DNA of 64,000 nt, taken from the NCBI GenBank assembly GCA_965116905.1, contig OZ220732.1:480001-544000 (forward strand), written 5' to 3'. Below, in pieces: positions 49,359 to 59,843 of this stretch; positions within the stretch are counted from its first letter, which is position 1; each line of letters begins with the position of its first letter. Both the position numbers and the translations under genes were made by a program. This DNA is from Longimicrobiales bacterium. GTDB lineage: Bacteria; Gemmatimonadota; Gemmatimonadetes; Longimicrobiales; Gaopeijiaceae. The notes under the pieces were generated by a model. It did not search any database, was not told the DNA's origin, and was given only the letters and a program-made list of their open reading frames with translations.

Positions 49359-49387
49359 TTGCGATATAAAGATTATCTATATATCAT
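49359..49387 (+). promoter_or_regulatory. Sigma70 promoter overlapped by a 23-bp palindromic operator (PadR autoregulation, leaderless)
   Basis: TTGCGA-17 nt-TATCAT; GATATAAAGAT-T-ATCTATATATC at 49363-49385; ATG 7 nt after the -10 box. Confidence 0.7.
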
Positions 49388-49394
49388 GATCGTC

Positions 49395-49724
49395 ATGACG
49401 CAGATCACACTGTCCAAGCGGATCAACGAGCTCCTTGTGCTGGCGGTACTGGATTCCGGTCCCGCGCACGGCTACCAGATCGCCCTGTCGGTGGAGGAGC
49501 GGACCGCCAGCGCCTTCTCCTTCCAGCATGGCACGCTCTATCCCATCCTGCATCGGATCGAGGCGGAAGGCCGGGTGCGCGGCGAATGGCACGGTGTGGG
49601 GCGGCGTCGCAAGACCTACGAGATCACCGACGCCGGGCGCGCCGATCTGGCTTCCGGCGCCGCTGAACTGGAGCGGCAGTTCCGCGCCCTGCTGGGCCTG
49701 CTAAGGGGGACACATGCCGCGTGA
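49395..49724 (+). CDS. PadR-family transcriptional regulator
   Basis: HGYQI, GTLYPILHRIE and RRRKTYEITDAGR motifs. Confidence 0.92.
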   Translation: MTQITLSKRINELLVLAVLDSGPAHGYQIALSVEERTASAFSFQHGTLYPILHRIEAEGRVRGEWHGVGRRRKTYEITDAGRADLASGAAELERQFRALLGLLRGTHAA

Positions 49725-50511
49725 GCACCCCCTGGCCCGTGTCGAGCGCGAAATGGGGCTGGCACCGCGGCATCGACTCGACCTGGTCGAAGAGGTGGAC
49801 GCCGACGTGCGGGCCATGCAGGCGGAAATGGAGCGGCGTGGTTGCAGTCCGGCCGAGGCCCGGCGGAGAGCGATTCGACGGCTGGTGCCCGCTGGCGAAG
49901 CGATGCAGCGGCTTGAGGAGCGGCACGCTCCGCTCCTGCGCCGCTGGCTACGCGCGGACGGCAGGGGAGATCGGGTGACCAGGCTCGGAATCGGCGCGGC
50001 GGCCGTGCTTGGGGGCGCGGTGGGGTTGGTCGCAACCATCCGGCCCGGATGGTCCGGCACGGCCATGGTCCTGTCCTGGGCGCTTGTGATTGTCTTCGCG
50101 CTGCTGGTCGCCAACCTGGCGCGAGTGGCGAGCCGGCTCTGGCTGCACGGGGATTTGCGAGCCCGGCAGCGGCGGCGGCTATGGGCGCGACAGGCCGGCT
50201 TGATCGTCACGGCCGTTGCCCTGGGAGCGCTGGGCGCCGCGTGGGAAGGCTACCTGGTGTTGACCAACACCGAACAGGTGGACAGCTCGGCGCTGCTGGC
50301 GTGGGAAACCGCCGGAACCATGGCGCATTTCGCGGCTAACGGTCTCGCCGCGGCGATCTTCGGCTTGTTCGGGTGGCTCTCCATCTCGCCCCGACTGATC
50401 TCCGACGAAGAGATCGAGCGCCGGATCGCCGACTTCTTCGCGCGCCCCGGGCCGAACCGACACTGGACGCCCGGGACCCGAGAGTTCCACGAATCCAAAG
50501 GAGAACCCTGA
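49714..50511 (+). CDS. PadR-associated membrane protein (helical N-terminal prefix domain plus 4 TM)
   Basis: DLVEEV...GCSPAEARRRAIRRL prefix followed by hydrophobic helices; overlaps padR. Confidence 0.6.
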   Translation: MPREHPLARVEREMGLAPRHRLDLVEEVDADVRAMQAEMERRGCSPAEARRRAIRRLVPAGEAMQRLEERHAPLLRRWLRADGRGDRVTRLGIGAAAVLGGAVGLVATIRPGWSGTAMVLSWALVIVFALLVANLARVASRLWLHGDLRARQRRRLWARQAGLIVTAVALGALGAAWEGYLVLTNTEQVDSSALLAWETAGTMAHFAANGLAAAIFGLFGWLSISPRLISDEEIERRIADFFARPGPNRHWTPGTREFHESKGEP

Positions 50512-50888
50512 TGTCGTTCATCCAATCGTTCATCCAATCGCTGGGTATCATCCAGTATCCGCTGTGGATCGTCCTGATCCTCACCCTGGTCCAGACCGTG
50601 CGCTGTACCGCCGCCCTGGTTCGCCGGGAAGATCCGGGAAGTCCGCTTAGCAGCCACTCGGTCCTCGTCCTCGGGGCACTGGGAGCCTGTCTGGGGATCC
50701 TCGGGAGCCTCATGGGCGTGCACGTCACAGCCGGCGCCATCGTCGGTGCCGGACAGGTCAGCGCCGCGGTCGCCTGGGGAGCGGTGGGCCTCGCCGTCGG
50801 CCCGTCCATCTTCGGGTTCTTCGTGCTGGGCCTGGCCTCGGTCGGCTGGCTCGCCCTGCAATACGCCGCCGGCCGGGTGTCCCGCTAG
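50511..50888 (+). CDS. Small MotA/TolQ/ExbB-like membrane protein
   Basis: LGALGACLGILGSLMG helix; 3 TM; TGATG coupling to the upstream gene. Confidence 0.55.
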   Translation: MSFIQSFIQSLGIIQYPLWIVLILTLVQTVRCTAALVRREDPGSPLSSHSVLVLGALGACLGILGSLMGVHVTAGAIVGAGQVSAAVAWGAVGLAVGPSIFGFFVLGLASVGWLALQYAAGRVSR

Positions 50889-52081
50889 CGCCCCCCGGCG
50901 TCGGCAGCAACTGCGGCGTTGTCGCTCGCGGCCTCCATGAGTCGCGCAGCCACGTAGCCGTTCGTACCGTCGGGCAGCCGAACCCGGAACCATTCGCCGG
51001 CGGCACCCGTCACACGAAGCGGCGTGGTGCGGTTCAGTTCCTGCAGGATGCTTCCACGGCGCCCGGGAGCGGCACGCAGCCGGATCCCGTCGTTGGCGGG
51101 CACGACCCGATCACCGAGCAGCGTCAGATCGGCCGTGACCTCCGGGAGCGCGCCGACGGGCGGATCGATGAACGGGTACGGGTCGATCGGTCCGCGCCGG
51201 TAGAGGCCGAAATGAAGGTGCGGCGGCGTGGTCCGCGCGTTGCCCGTGTTCCCCACGAATCCGACCGTGTCTCCGCGTTCCACGCGCTGGCCGTCCCGGA
51301 CGTACTGGCTGTCCAGATGCGCGTAGTAGATGCTCGCGTCGTGGACCGGGTCGCGCACCCAGACCACCCTTCCGCCCCGGTTGGTGACCCTCACGCGACG
51401 CACCGTTCCCGCCGTGGCCGCCAGCACCGGGGTGCCGCGGGGCGCGAAGATGTCCACGCCGTGATGCTGGCGTCTTCCCCCGTCGCGCGCGTCGCCGAAG
51501 AGGCTCTGCACGGCGCGCATGCCGTACCCCTCCACCGGGAATCCCAGCTGCGCCTCCTCGGACACGTCGACCTGATAGCGGCCGCCGCGGAGCAGCTCGG
51601 GCTGCACGCGGAGGATGAACTCGCCGCCCCTCCAGGGCTCGTGCACGAAGGTGTGTGACAGCGAGTCGGACGAGATCACGGGCCTGAGCGGATCTTCCTC
51701 GTCCTGCGGCACCCGGAACAGGTCGATGAACAGCTGCGTGCCCTCTTCCGAAGCCAGCGACACGTGGAAGGTCAGTCTGCGCCCTCTTGGTATGCTCAGC
51801 CTGTAGGCAACCGCGGCGGGGACTTCCGGGGAGATGTGTCCGCTTTCCTGGAATGGCAGTGCAACGGTGGTCGGGCTGTCCAGTGCGCCGCGCCCCGCCT
51901 CGGTCCAGTCGCGTCCCAACGCGGTCTCCGCCAACCCGGCATCGGCGAGCCGGGCCAGATACGCCTCGTGGGGCGTCAGGTCGCGGAACCGGTCCTGCAA
52001 TTGTTCCGCCTGCTCGCAAGCCGAGAAAACGACAACGGCCGCGAGCGCCGCCAGCCGGCACCAACGTCGTTGCACCATCAA
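50885..52081 (-). CDS. M23 peptidase lipoprotein with C-terminal SH3b domain
   Basis: HHGVDIFA, YYAHLD, PPHLHFG and LRAAPG...WFRV...GYV motifs; lipobox FSAC. Confidence 0.9.
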   Translation of the reverse strand: MMVQRRWCRLAALAAVVVFSACEQAEQLQDRFRDLTPHEAYLARLADAGLAETALGRDWTEAGRGALDSPTTVALPFQESGHISPEVPAAVAYRLSIPRGRRLTFHVSLASEEGTQLFIDLFRVPQDEEDPLRPVISSDSLSHTFVHEPWRGGEFILRVQPELLRGGRYQVDVSEEAQLGFPVEGYGMRAVQSLFGDARDGGRRQHHGVDIFAPRGTPVLAATAGTVRRVRVTNRGGRVVWVRDPVHDASIYYAHLDSQYVRDGQRVERGDTVGFVGNTGNARTTPPHLHFGLYRRGPIDPYPFIDPPVGALPEVTADLTLLGDRVVPANDGIRLRAAPGRRGSILQELNRTTPLRVTGAAGEWFRVRLPDGTNGYVAARLMEAASDNAAVAADAGGR

Positions 52082-52100
52082 CCTCCCAGGCAGCTTGTCG

Positions 52101-53669
52101 CTACGCGGGCCCGGCCCCCCTCACGCCACGGGACACCTGGCCCGCAAACTGCTCGAAGTTCGCTTTGAACATAGCGGCAAGCTCGGCCGCCGCATCATCA
52201 TACTGATTTCCGTCGTCCCAGGTTTCCCTGGGCAGTAGCACCTCGGGCGGAACATCGGGGACGCACACGGGGACCCGAAGCCCGAACGCGGCGTCGACTC
52301 TCTCCGGCACACCGTCGAGCGCGCCGTTCACCGCCGCGGCAACCATGGCACGCGTGTACGAGAGCTCCATTCGGGAACCCACGCCGTAGGGGCCGCCCGT
52401 CCAGCCGGTGTTCACCAGCCAGGCCCGGGCTCCATGGGTACGCAGCTTCTCCCCGAGCAGGTCGGCATAGACCGCCGGGTGCTGAGGCAGGAACGGCGCC
52501 CCGAAACAGGCGCTGAACGCGGCCTTCGGCTCGGTTACCCCGCGCTCGGTTCCGGCGACCTTGGCCGTGTACCCCGAGAGGAAGTGGTACATGGCCTGCG
52601 CGGGATCGAGGCGTGCGATCGGGGGCAGTACGCCGAACGCGTCCGCGGTCAGAAAGACCACGTTTTCGGGGTGTCCTCCCTTCCCCGACGGCACCGCATT
52701 CGAAATGAAGTGGATCGGATACGACGCGCGGGTGTTCTCGGTGATCGCGCCCGAGTCGTAGTCGATCTCGCGCGTGCTCTCGTCCAGAATCACGTTCTCG
52801 AGGATCGTCCCGAACCGCCGCGTGGCATGATAGATGTCCGGCTCGCTCTCCGGCGAGAGTCGGATCGTCTTGGCGTAGCAGCCACCCTCGAAATTGAAGA
52901 TCCCGTCGTCGCTCCAGCCGTGCTCGTCGTCGCCGATCAGCCGGCGCTCGGGGTTGGCCGACAGGGTCGTCTTGCCGGTGCCGGAAAGGCCGAAGAAAAG
53001 CGCGGTGTCGCCCGCATCGCCGATGTTGGCCGAGCAGTGCATGGGGAGCACGCCCCGCGCCGGCAGGAGGAAGTTGAGCGACGCGAAGATCGATTTCTTG
53101 ATCTCGCCGGCGTAGGCGGTGCCGCCGACCAGCACGACGCGCTCCGTGAAGTTGACGACGATGAACGCGCCCGAATTGGTGCCGTGGCGCTCGGGGTCGG
53201 CTTGCAGGGAGGGGGCGTGATAGACGACGAAATCGGGCTCGAAGGCGTCCCGCTGCGCCTCGTCGATCCGCAGGAACATGTTGTACGCGAAGAGGTCGTG
53301 CCACGGACTTTCCGAAATGACGCGCACGCTGATTCCGTATCGGGCATCGGCGCCCGCCCTGGCGTCCCGTACATAGAGATCGACGTTGTTCAGGTGCGCG
53401 ATCAGGTCTCCCTTGAGCCGGCCGTAGTGACGCCGGGAAATCGGCACGTTCACCGGGCCCCAGTCGATCATGTCCTCGGTCTGCGGTTCCTGTACTACGA
53501 AGCGGTCGTTGGGCGAGCGACCGGTGTGCGGAGATGTCAACGTGACGAGACCGCCCCCCTGAGCGATTCTTCCAGTGCCGAGGCGCAGCGTCTCTTCGTA
53601 GAGCTCGGCAGGAGAAAGATTGCGCCGAATGCACCCCGTGGGGGTCAGTCCCATTGCTGTAAGGTCCAC
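52101..53669 (-). CDS. pckA: Phosphoenolpyruvate carboxykinase (ATP)
   Basis: TGRSP, YAGEIKK, FFGLSGTGKTTLS and LIGDDEHGW motifs. Confidence 0.96.
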   Translation of the reverse strand: MDLTAMGLTPTGCIRRNLSPAELYEETLRLGTGRIAQGGGLVTLTSPHTGRSPNDRFVVQEPQTEDMIDWGPVNVPISRRHYGRLKGDLIAHLNNVDLYVRDARAGADARYGISVRVISESPWHDLFAYNMFLRIDEAQRDAFEPDFVVYHAPSLQADPERHGTNSGAFIVVNFTERVVLVGGTAYAGEIKKSIFASLNFLLPARGVLPMHCSANIGDAGDTALFFGLSGTGKTTLSANPERRLIGDDEHGWSDDGIFNFEGGCYAKTIRLSPESEPDIYHATRRFGTILENVILDESTREIDYDSGAITENTRASYPIHFISNAVPSGKGGHPENVVFLTADAFGVLPPIARLDPAQAMYHFLSGYTAKVAGTERGVTEPKAAFSACFGAPFLPQHPAVYADLLGEKLRTHGARAWLVNTGWTGGPYGVGSRMELSYTRAMVAAAVNGALDGVPERVDAAFGLRVPVCVPDVPPEVLLPRETWDDGNQYDDAAAELAAMFKANFEQFAGQVSRGVRGAGPA

Positions 53670-53727
53670 CTGTTATGCCTCCAGGATTCTGCCTGAGTGT
53701 GTTGCGTTCCGGGTCGGCGTCGGCCCG

Positions 53728-56019
53728 TCAGTCCGGGTCGCGCGACAACGCGATAATGTGACGGCCTCGGGTCCGGGCGTCTACCGATGCGATGCCGATA
53801 AGGTGAACGACATCAAGAACGCTGCAGCCCCGCTGGAGAATGTGGACCGGCTTCTTCATCCCCAGGAGAATCGGGCCGATCACCTCCGCGTTGCCCAGCT
53901 GCGCCAGGAGTTTGTAGCAGGCGTTCGAAGCGCTGAGCGTCGGAAATACCAGCACGTTGGCGGGTCCCGTGAGGTCGCTGAAGGGGTACTTCCTGGGAAT
54001 GATGTCAGGGTCGACGGCGACGTCGGCCTGCATCTCGCCGTCCACCAGCAGGTCGGGGGCCAGCCGCTTGATCCAGGCGACGGCCTGGCGCACCCTGGTC
54101 GCCTCGGGGTGGCGCACCGACCCGAAATTGGAGAACGACAGCATCCCGATACGGGGCTCGATCCCCAGATCCTTGACGAAGCGCGCGGCGGAGATGGCGA
54201 TTTCCGCGAGCGTCTCCGGATCAGGGTCGATGTTGACCGTCGTGTCCGCAAAGAAGAGCGGGTCGCGGTCTCGGAAGGTGACCATGTGGAGCCCCGAAAT
54301 CCGGCGCACCGAATCGGCCGTTCCGATCACCTCCAGAGCGGGCCTGAGGATCTGGGGATAGTTGGAATCGATGCCCGCGACCATCGCGTCGGCGTCACCG
54401 GCGCCAACCATCATCGCCGCGAAGTAGACGGGCTGGTAGGCGCGGGCGCGCGCTTCGGCCAGGGTCAGTCCCTTGCGCTCGCGGCGCCGATGGAACGCCT
54501 CCGCGTACGCGTAGCGCGTATCCTCGACGGCTGGCGGATGAATGCACTCGACGCCCTGCAGGTCGATCCCCAGGTCCGCCGCGAAACGATGGATCTTGTC
54601 GGTCTTCCCGATCAGCACGATGCGCGCCATCCCCTCTTCCACCGCCTGTGCGGCCGCCCTGAGCACACGCTCGTTGTACCCGTCGGCGAGAACGACGCGG
54701 GCAGGCTCCAGCCGCGCCCGCCCCAGGATTCGCTGCATTGCCTCGCGCCCGGGACCCAGACTGGCCTCGAGGCGGCCCCGATATTCCTCCAGATCGAGAT
54801 CGATCCGCGCCACGCCCGATTCCATGGCCGCGCCCGCCACCGCGGGGGACACGTGCAGGAGCACGCGAGGGTCGAAGGGTTTCGGGATCAGGTATTCCGG
54901 GCCGAATTCGAATCCGTCGTCCCCATACGCCTTGACCACCGATTCCGGCACCTCGTGCCGCGCGAGTTCGGCCAGCGCCCGCGTGGCGGCCAGCATCATT
55001 CCCTGGTTGATCCGGCGCGCGCGTACATCCAGCGCGCCACGGAACAGGAAGGGGAAGCCGAGGACATTGTTGACCTGGTTCGGGTAGTCGGACCGTCCGG
55101 TCGCCATGATCGCGTCGTCGCGGATCTCGGCCACCTCCTCCGGGGTGACCTCCGGGTCGGGGTTGGCCAGCGCGAAGATGATCGGATTCGGCGCCATCGA
55201 AGCCACCATTTCCGGCGTGATCACGCCCTTGGCCGCGAGCCCGACAACCACATCCGCCCCCTCCATGGCCTCGGCCAGAGTCCGCACCGGCCGGTGGGTG
55301 GCGAACGGCGCCTTGTACTCGTTCATCCCCTCTTCGCGCCCCTCATGGATCACGCCGGCGCGGTCCGTCATCACGAGGTTTTCCGGGCTGGCGCCCAGGC
55401 GCTGACAGTGGCGCGCCGTGGCCACGGCGGACGCGCCCGCCCCCACGAACACGATGTAGGCATCGCCGATGGCACGACCCGTGATCTCCAGCGCATTGAC
55501 GAGCGCTGCTCCGGCGATGATCGCGGTCCCATGCTGGTCGTCGTGGAAAACGGGGATCCGCAGCGTATCGCGGAGCGTCTCCTCGATCAGGAAGCACTCG
55601 GGCGCGCGAATGTCCTCCAGGTTGATGCCGCCGACCGTCGGCTCCAGCATCTGGCAGAAGCGGATCACCTCGTGGGGGTCCTCGGTGCCGACTTCGATGT
55701 CGAAGACGTCGATCCCGGCAAACTTCTTGAAGAGCACGCCCTTCCCCTCCATGACCGGTTTCGCGGCCAGGGCCCCGATGTTCCCGAGCCCCAGGACCGC
55801 GGTTCCATTGGACACCACCGCGACCAGGTTCCCGCGCGCGGTGTAGCGGAACGCCTCCTCGGGATCGCCGTGTATGGCCATGCACGGCTCTGCCACGCCG
55901 GGACTGTACGCCAGCGTGAGGTCTCGCTGAGTCGCGACCGCCTTCGTGGGGACGACTTCGATCTTTCCGGGACGTCCCTCCGCGTGATACTCGAGCGCGT
56001 CGCTTTCACGTGCCGACAA
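53728..56019 (-). CDS. maeB: NADP-dependent malic enzyme with PTA domain
   Basis: [23 protein letters not shown] and DYPNQVNN motifs; C-terminal DGEMQAD / GPILLG. Confidence 0.95.
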   Translation of the reverse strand: MSARESDALEYHAEGRPGKIEVVPTKAVATQRDLTLAYSPGVAEPCMAIHGDPEEAFRYTARGNLVAVVSNGTAVLGLGNIGALAAKPVMEGKGVLFKKFAGIDVFDIEVGTEDPHEVIRFCQMLEPTVGGINLEDIRAPECFLIEETLRDTLRIPVFHDDQHGTAIIAGAALVNALEITGRAIGDAYIVFVGAGASAVATARHCQRLGASPENLVMTDRAGVIHEGREEGMNEYKAPFATHRPVRTLAEAMEGADVVVGLAAKGVITPEMVASMAPNPIIFALANPDPEVTPEEVAEIRDDAIMATGRSDYPNQVNNVLGFPFLFRGALDVRARRINQGMMLAATRALAELARHEVPESVVKAYGDDGFEFGPEYLIPKPFDPRVLLHVSPAVAGAAMESGVARIDLDLEEYRGRLEASLGPGREAMQRILGRARLEPARVVLADGYNERVLRAAAQAVEEGMARIVLIGKTDKIHRFAADLGIDLQGVECIHPPAVEDTRYAYAEAFHRRRERKGLTLAEARARAYQPVYFAAMMVGAGDADAMVAGIDSNYPQILRPALEVIGTADSVRRISGLHMVTFRDRDPLFFADTTVNIDPDPETLAEIAISAARFVKDLGIEPRIGMLSFSNFGSVRHPEATRVRQAVAWIKRLAPDLLVDGEMQADVAVDPDIIPRKYPFSDLTGPANVLVFPTLSASNACYKLLAQLGNAEVIGPILLGMKKPVHILQRGCSVLDVVHLIGIASVDARTRGRHIIALSRDPD

Positions 56020-56222
56020 TGGTTTCTCCCTCTTTCGCCGTGGCCGTTCGCGGACTGTTGCCCGGCCCTCTGCCGGCAGTGATCCTACCGGGAAGCACGG
56101 AGTTCCGTCAATTGGCCGCCGCGGAACCGTCACCGCGCCCGGGCTCGTTGCGGCGTCCGTGAATCTCACGCGCTCCGGCAACCCCTTTGACCATCACCGA
56201 GGTCTACACATCTTGACTGGTC

Positions 56223-58157
56223 GTGACGCTCCTGCCCTCCGGGGCGGCCCCTCCCCACTCCCATGAGACGATGATACGCGCCAACGCCCGGTGGGCGATT
56301 GCCACGGTGCTCCTCTGCGCCGCCTCCGCCGACCCGCGGGCAACATCGGCACAGCAGGAATCGCCCGAGGTGTTCGAGCCCGGGTGCGGCACCGCGCGGA
56401 TCGCCAATGTCTTCGTGGACAACCACACCATCTACGAACTGGACCGCGGGCCTTCGGGCGAGGGCGATGGCTGGGCCGCCTTTGTCGACAAGGCGCGTGC
56501 GATCGCCAATCGCCTGCATTGGCGTACCCGGCGGGGCTTCATCGAAAACGAACTTCTCTTCGAGCCCGGCGACTGTCTCGATCCCCTGCTCCTGGACGAA
56601 TCGGGGCGCCTGCTCCGCGCTCTGCCGTTCCTCGCGGATGCGGACGTCTATGCCGTGCCCGTGGCAGCAGACGAAGTGCACGTCGTCGTCGACACCCAGG
56701 ACGACTGGACGCTCAAGCTGGACGTGCGCGCCGAGTTCGACCAGGGCCTGAGATTCACGTACGCCGGCTTCACCGAGGAGAACCTGTTCGGGACGGGAAC
56801 GCTGCTCGGCTTCTACCTGCGGGAGCGCGACGAGACGCGTGATGTCGGACTGGAGTTGAGCACTCACCAGTTGGCCGGCACGCGTCTTGACGGCCGCATC
56901 GGCGGCGGCCGCACGCGCACAGGCGTCTTCTTTCATGAGTCGCTCACCTATCCGTTCGTCGGCGAGGTGGGACGCTGGGCCTTCATCGAATCGTACTCCT
57001 ACCGCGAGGACCTCTTCCGGTACGCCGCCCCAGTCGGGTCGCCGTTCACCAACGTCAGTCTGCCGATCCAGACCCGTCGTGCCGCAACCACACTGGGCCT
57101 GCGGCTCGGGACACCGGGTGATCTCACGGTCCTCGGCGCGGGCGTATCGTGGGAGGATGTCGCGTTCTCCGGGTTTCCGGGCGACGTCACGGTCGTGCGG
57201 GATTTCGACTTCTCCAACCCCTCCCCGGCGGACTCCGCCACCGTCGAGATGGTCCGCTCCCAGGTCAATCCCCGACGCGCTGCGCATGTGAACCTCGTGG
57301 CGGGAAAGAGGAACATCCGCTACATCCGGCGCAACGGCCTGGACGCGATCCAGGGACACCAGGACATCAGGCTGGGCACGCAGGCGCTGATCTCGGTCGG
57401 CTCCACGCTGGGTGCCTTCGAGACCTCCCCGGGCAACGAGTCCCATGAACTTCGCGGCCGACTGCTGCTCTTCGGCGGGGCGGCCGGCGACAGCTGGGTG
57501 TTCAACACCGAGCTCACCGTCGAGGGCGCTCGCCTCGTCGCCGGCAGCCGCTCCGACGGTGGGTTTCGGGATGTCCTGGCGGAATTCGGCGCCTACCTCT
57601 ACTGGCAACCCGGCCGGGGTCCGACCGGTACGGATGACGCCTCGACTCCGACCACCGCGGTTCCGCGCCACACACTGGTGCTGGGCTTGAAGGGCGCGGG
57701 GGGCTGGAACAGCTATCTCCCGTTCCAGCTCAACCTGGGCGGTCCGAACGGAATAAGAGGATATGACCGCGCGGAATTCCCGGCCGCGCAAAAGCTCGTG
57801 GCTCACGTGGAGGACCGCATCACACTCGACGGGCCTTTCAGCGATCTCTTCGACCTCGGCCTCACTCTATTTGCTGACGCAGGCGCCGGATGGCAGGGCA
57901 CCGTACCCTTTGCCGCGGACTCGGAGCTCCAGGGTGCCGTAGGCATGGGCCTGCGTCTCGTCTTTCCGGCCGGCGCACGCAACGTCACCCGGCTCGACCT
58001 GGCCGTGCCACTGGAGCAGGGAGGGCTCCGCAGCCTGCAGTTCCGGGTGGGCTACAACGCCGTCAGCCTGCTGGCGGGGTTCGGCGACGAGCAGGTCCGG
58101 CGGAGCCGTAGCGGCAGCCAGGCCGCCACCGTGCTCGGCGGACGGCCCAACCGCTGA
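56223..58157 (+). CDS. Omp85/BamA-TamA-like outer-membrane protein
   Basis: POTRA-like ENELLFEPGD..ESGRLLR; ENLFGTG; LGGPNGIRGY; FADAG motif. Confidence 0.72.
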   Translation: MTLLPSGAAPPHSHETMIRANARWAIATVLLCAASADPRATSAQQESPEVFEPGCGTARIANVFVDNHTIYELDRGPSGEGDGWAAFVDKARAIANRLHWRTRRGFIENELLFEPGDCLDPLLLDESGRLLRALPFLADADVYAVPVAADEVHVVVDTQDDWTLKLDVRAEFDQGLRFTYAGFTEENLFGTGTLLGFYLRERDETRDVGLELSTHQLAGTRLDGRIGGGRTRTGVFFHESLTYPFVGEVGRWAFIESYSYREDLFRYAAPVGSPFTNVSLPIQTRRAATTLGLRLGTPGDLTVLGAGVSWEDVAFSGFPGDVTVVRDFDFSNPSPADSATVEMVRSQVNPRRAAHVNLVAGKRNIRYIRRNGLDAIQGHQDIRLGTQALISVGSTLGAFETSPGNESHELRGRLLLFGGAAGDSWVFNTELTVEGARLVAGSRSDGGFRDVLAEFGAYLYWQPGRGPTGTDDASTPTTAVPRHTLVLGLKGAGGWNSYLPFQLNLGGPNGIRGYDRAEFPAAQKLVAHVEDRITLDGPFSDLFDLGLTLFADAGAGWQGTVPFAADSELQGAVGMGLRLVFPAGARNVTRLDLAVPLEQGGLRSLQFRVGYNAVSLLAGFGDEQVRRSRSGSQAATVLGGRPNR

Positions 58158-58240
58158 CGCCAGCCAGGATTGCGACTGCCGTGGGTACGGACGACGCCGA
58201 CCCCAACCGCCGTTTTTGGAGCCGCGCCAGCCACAAACAT

Positions 58241-58269
58241 TTGACTTCAAGCGGTTTCGGCGATAAAAT
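58241..58269 (+). promoter_or_regulatory. Near-consensus sigma70 promoter of the sigma factor gene
   Basis: TTGACT-17 nt-TAAAAT; GGAGG at 58381 before the TTG start. Confidence 0.75.
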
Positions 58270-58391
58270 GATCGCACTTTCTCCACAATTCGGGGGCCAG
58301 CGCGAAGAGATCCCGCCGCGCTTCGCGACCATTCCGGCCCCGGGATTCGGGGGAGGCAAGGGATGGGCTAACCCTACACAGGAGGACGGCA

Positions 58392-59252
58392 TTGTTCGCA
58401 GCCTCGCGCGGTCTCGATTCCTTTGATCAGTATCTCCAGGATGTGGAACGTTATCCCCTAATCTCGGACCCCGAAGAAGAAAGGGCGTTGGCGCGAAGAG
58501 CTCGCACAGGCGACAAGGAGGCGGCGGAGCGCCTCGTTACCGCCAACCTCCGGTTCGTCATTTCCTATGTGAAGAAGTACCAGGGACGCGGACTGGGACT
58601 CGCCGAACTGGTGTGCATCGGGAACGAGGGGTTGCTGAAGGCGGTCAAGAAGTTCGATCCCGAGAAGGGCGTGAAGTTCATCTCCTACGCGGTATGGTGG
58701 ATCCGACAGACCGTACTGCAGGCCCTCGCCGAGCAGACCCGCTCCGTGCGCATTCCCCTGAACCAGAATTCCAATCTTGCCCGCCTGGCGCGAACCAATA
58801 CGATGCTGACCCAGCAACTCGGCCGTACACCAACGGACCAGGAACTCGCCCGCGAGATGGGCGAGCCGGTCGATACGGTTCGCGCACTGCGCAGAGTCGC
58901 CGCAGCCGAACTCAGCCTGGACGCGCCTCTGGACCGCGGCGACCGTGACAGCGCCAGCTTCGGCGAGCGCTTCGCCGGTGCCGACGCCTCCGAGATCGAG
59001 GAGGATGTCGAGGCCCTCGCCCGCCGCGACTACCTCGAGAGCATGTTCGACTGCTACCTCACGGAGAGGGAGCGGAAGATTCTCTACCTCTACTACGGTC
59101 TCGACGACGGCGAGGAGCGCACTCTCGAAGAAATCGGCTCGCTTCTCGGCGTCACCCGGGAGCGCATCCGCCAGATCCGCAACCGCGCCTTCGAGAAACT
59201 CCGCGACAGCCCGCACGGCGACTCCCTCCAGGGGTTCTGGAAAGCGAACTGA
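58392..59252 (+). CDS. RpoD/SigA-family sigma factor (second short paralog)
   Basis: ANLRFVISYVKKY, KFISYAVWWIRQ and TLEEIGSLLGVTRERIRQI motifs. Confidence 0.93.
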   Translation: MFAASRGLDSFDQYLQDVERYPLISDPEEERALARRARTGDKEAAERLVTANLRFVISYVKKYQGRGLGLAELVCIGNEGLLKAVKKFDPEKGVKFISYAVWWIRQTVLQALAEQTRSVRIPLNQNSNLARLARTNTMLTQQLGRTPTDQELAREMGEPVDTVRALRRVAAAELSLDAPLDRGDRDSASFGERFAGADASEIEEDVEALARRDYLESMFDCYLTERERKILYLYYGLDDGEERTLEEIGSLLGVTRERIRQIRNRAFEKLRDSPHGDSLQGFWKAN

Positions 59253-59257
59253 GGATC

Positions 59258-59286
59258 GGGGCCGCCCCGCCCGAGGCTGCGGCCCC
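59258..59286. terminator. Hairpin between convergent sigma factor and ssb genes
   Basis: ggggccgc...gcggcccc inverted repeat. Confidence 0.45.
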
Positions 59287-59288
59287 CG

Positions 59289-59624
59289 CTAGCTTTCCGC
59301 TCTCGGCGACAGCATGACCATCTCGCGGGCCCTGATTTCGGCCGTGGGTATGGTGACACCGTCCCGCTCGTAGGAGTCGTACTGCAGGTACCCCTCCACA
59401 AACAGCTTGTCGCCCTTGGAGACGTAGTCCTCCGCCACCTGCGCGAGCCGGCCCCACAGGTTCACTCGATGCCAGTCGGTCCGCTCTTCAGGCTGCTCTC
59501 CCCCGGTGCGCCAGTTCGTGGCCAGGGAAATGCGGGCGATTTTCACACCGGCGCTCGTGACGCGTACGTCGGGGTCGCTCCCCACATTCCCCACCAGGAT
59601 GATCTTGTTGACAGATCGGCTCAC
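59289..59624 (-). CDS. ssb: Single-stranded DNA-binding protein, OB fold only
   Basis: VNKIILVGNVGSDP, EERTDWHRV and KGDKLFVEG motifs; 111 aa. Confidence 0.9.
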   Translation of the reverse strand: MSRSVNKIILVGNVGSDPDVRVTSAGVKIARISLATNWRTGGEQPEERTDWHRVNLWGRLAQVAEDYVSKGDKLFVEGYLQYDSYERDGVTIPTAEIRAREMVMLSPRAES

Positions 59625-59843
59625 AGTCCGTTCCCTCCGTTGTTGTCGGCTCGACCGACGATCAGGCCTTCCTGACGGGCCCGGTCCGCCGTCATGCCAG
59701 TGACCGTTGCGCACGGAAGATGGGCCCGCCCAATGGGCGCCTACATAGCAGGATGGGACTGATTTCCGCCCGATTCTCGCGCGCGGCGCCGGGAGGACGC
59801 ATCGGTGCCCGCATGACCGCGATGTTCCGGGACCCGAGGTCAG

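Noticed and set aside
26807..59252. Two similar short RpoD-type sigma factors as a recent duplication
   Set aside because: They diverge substantially outside the conserved regions, and multiple such paralogs are ordinary.
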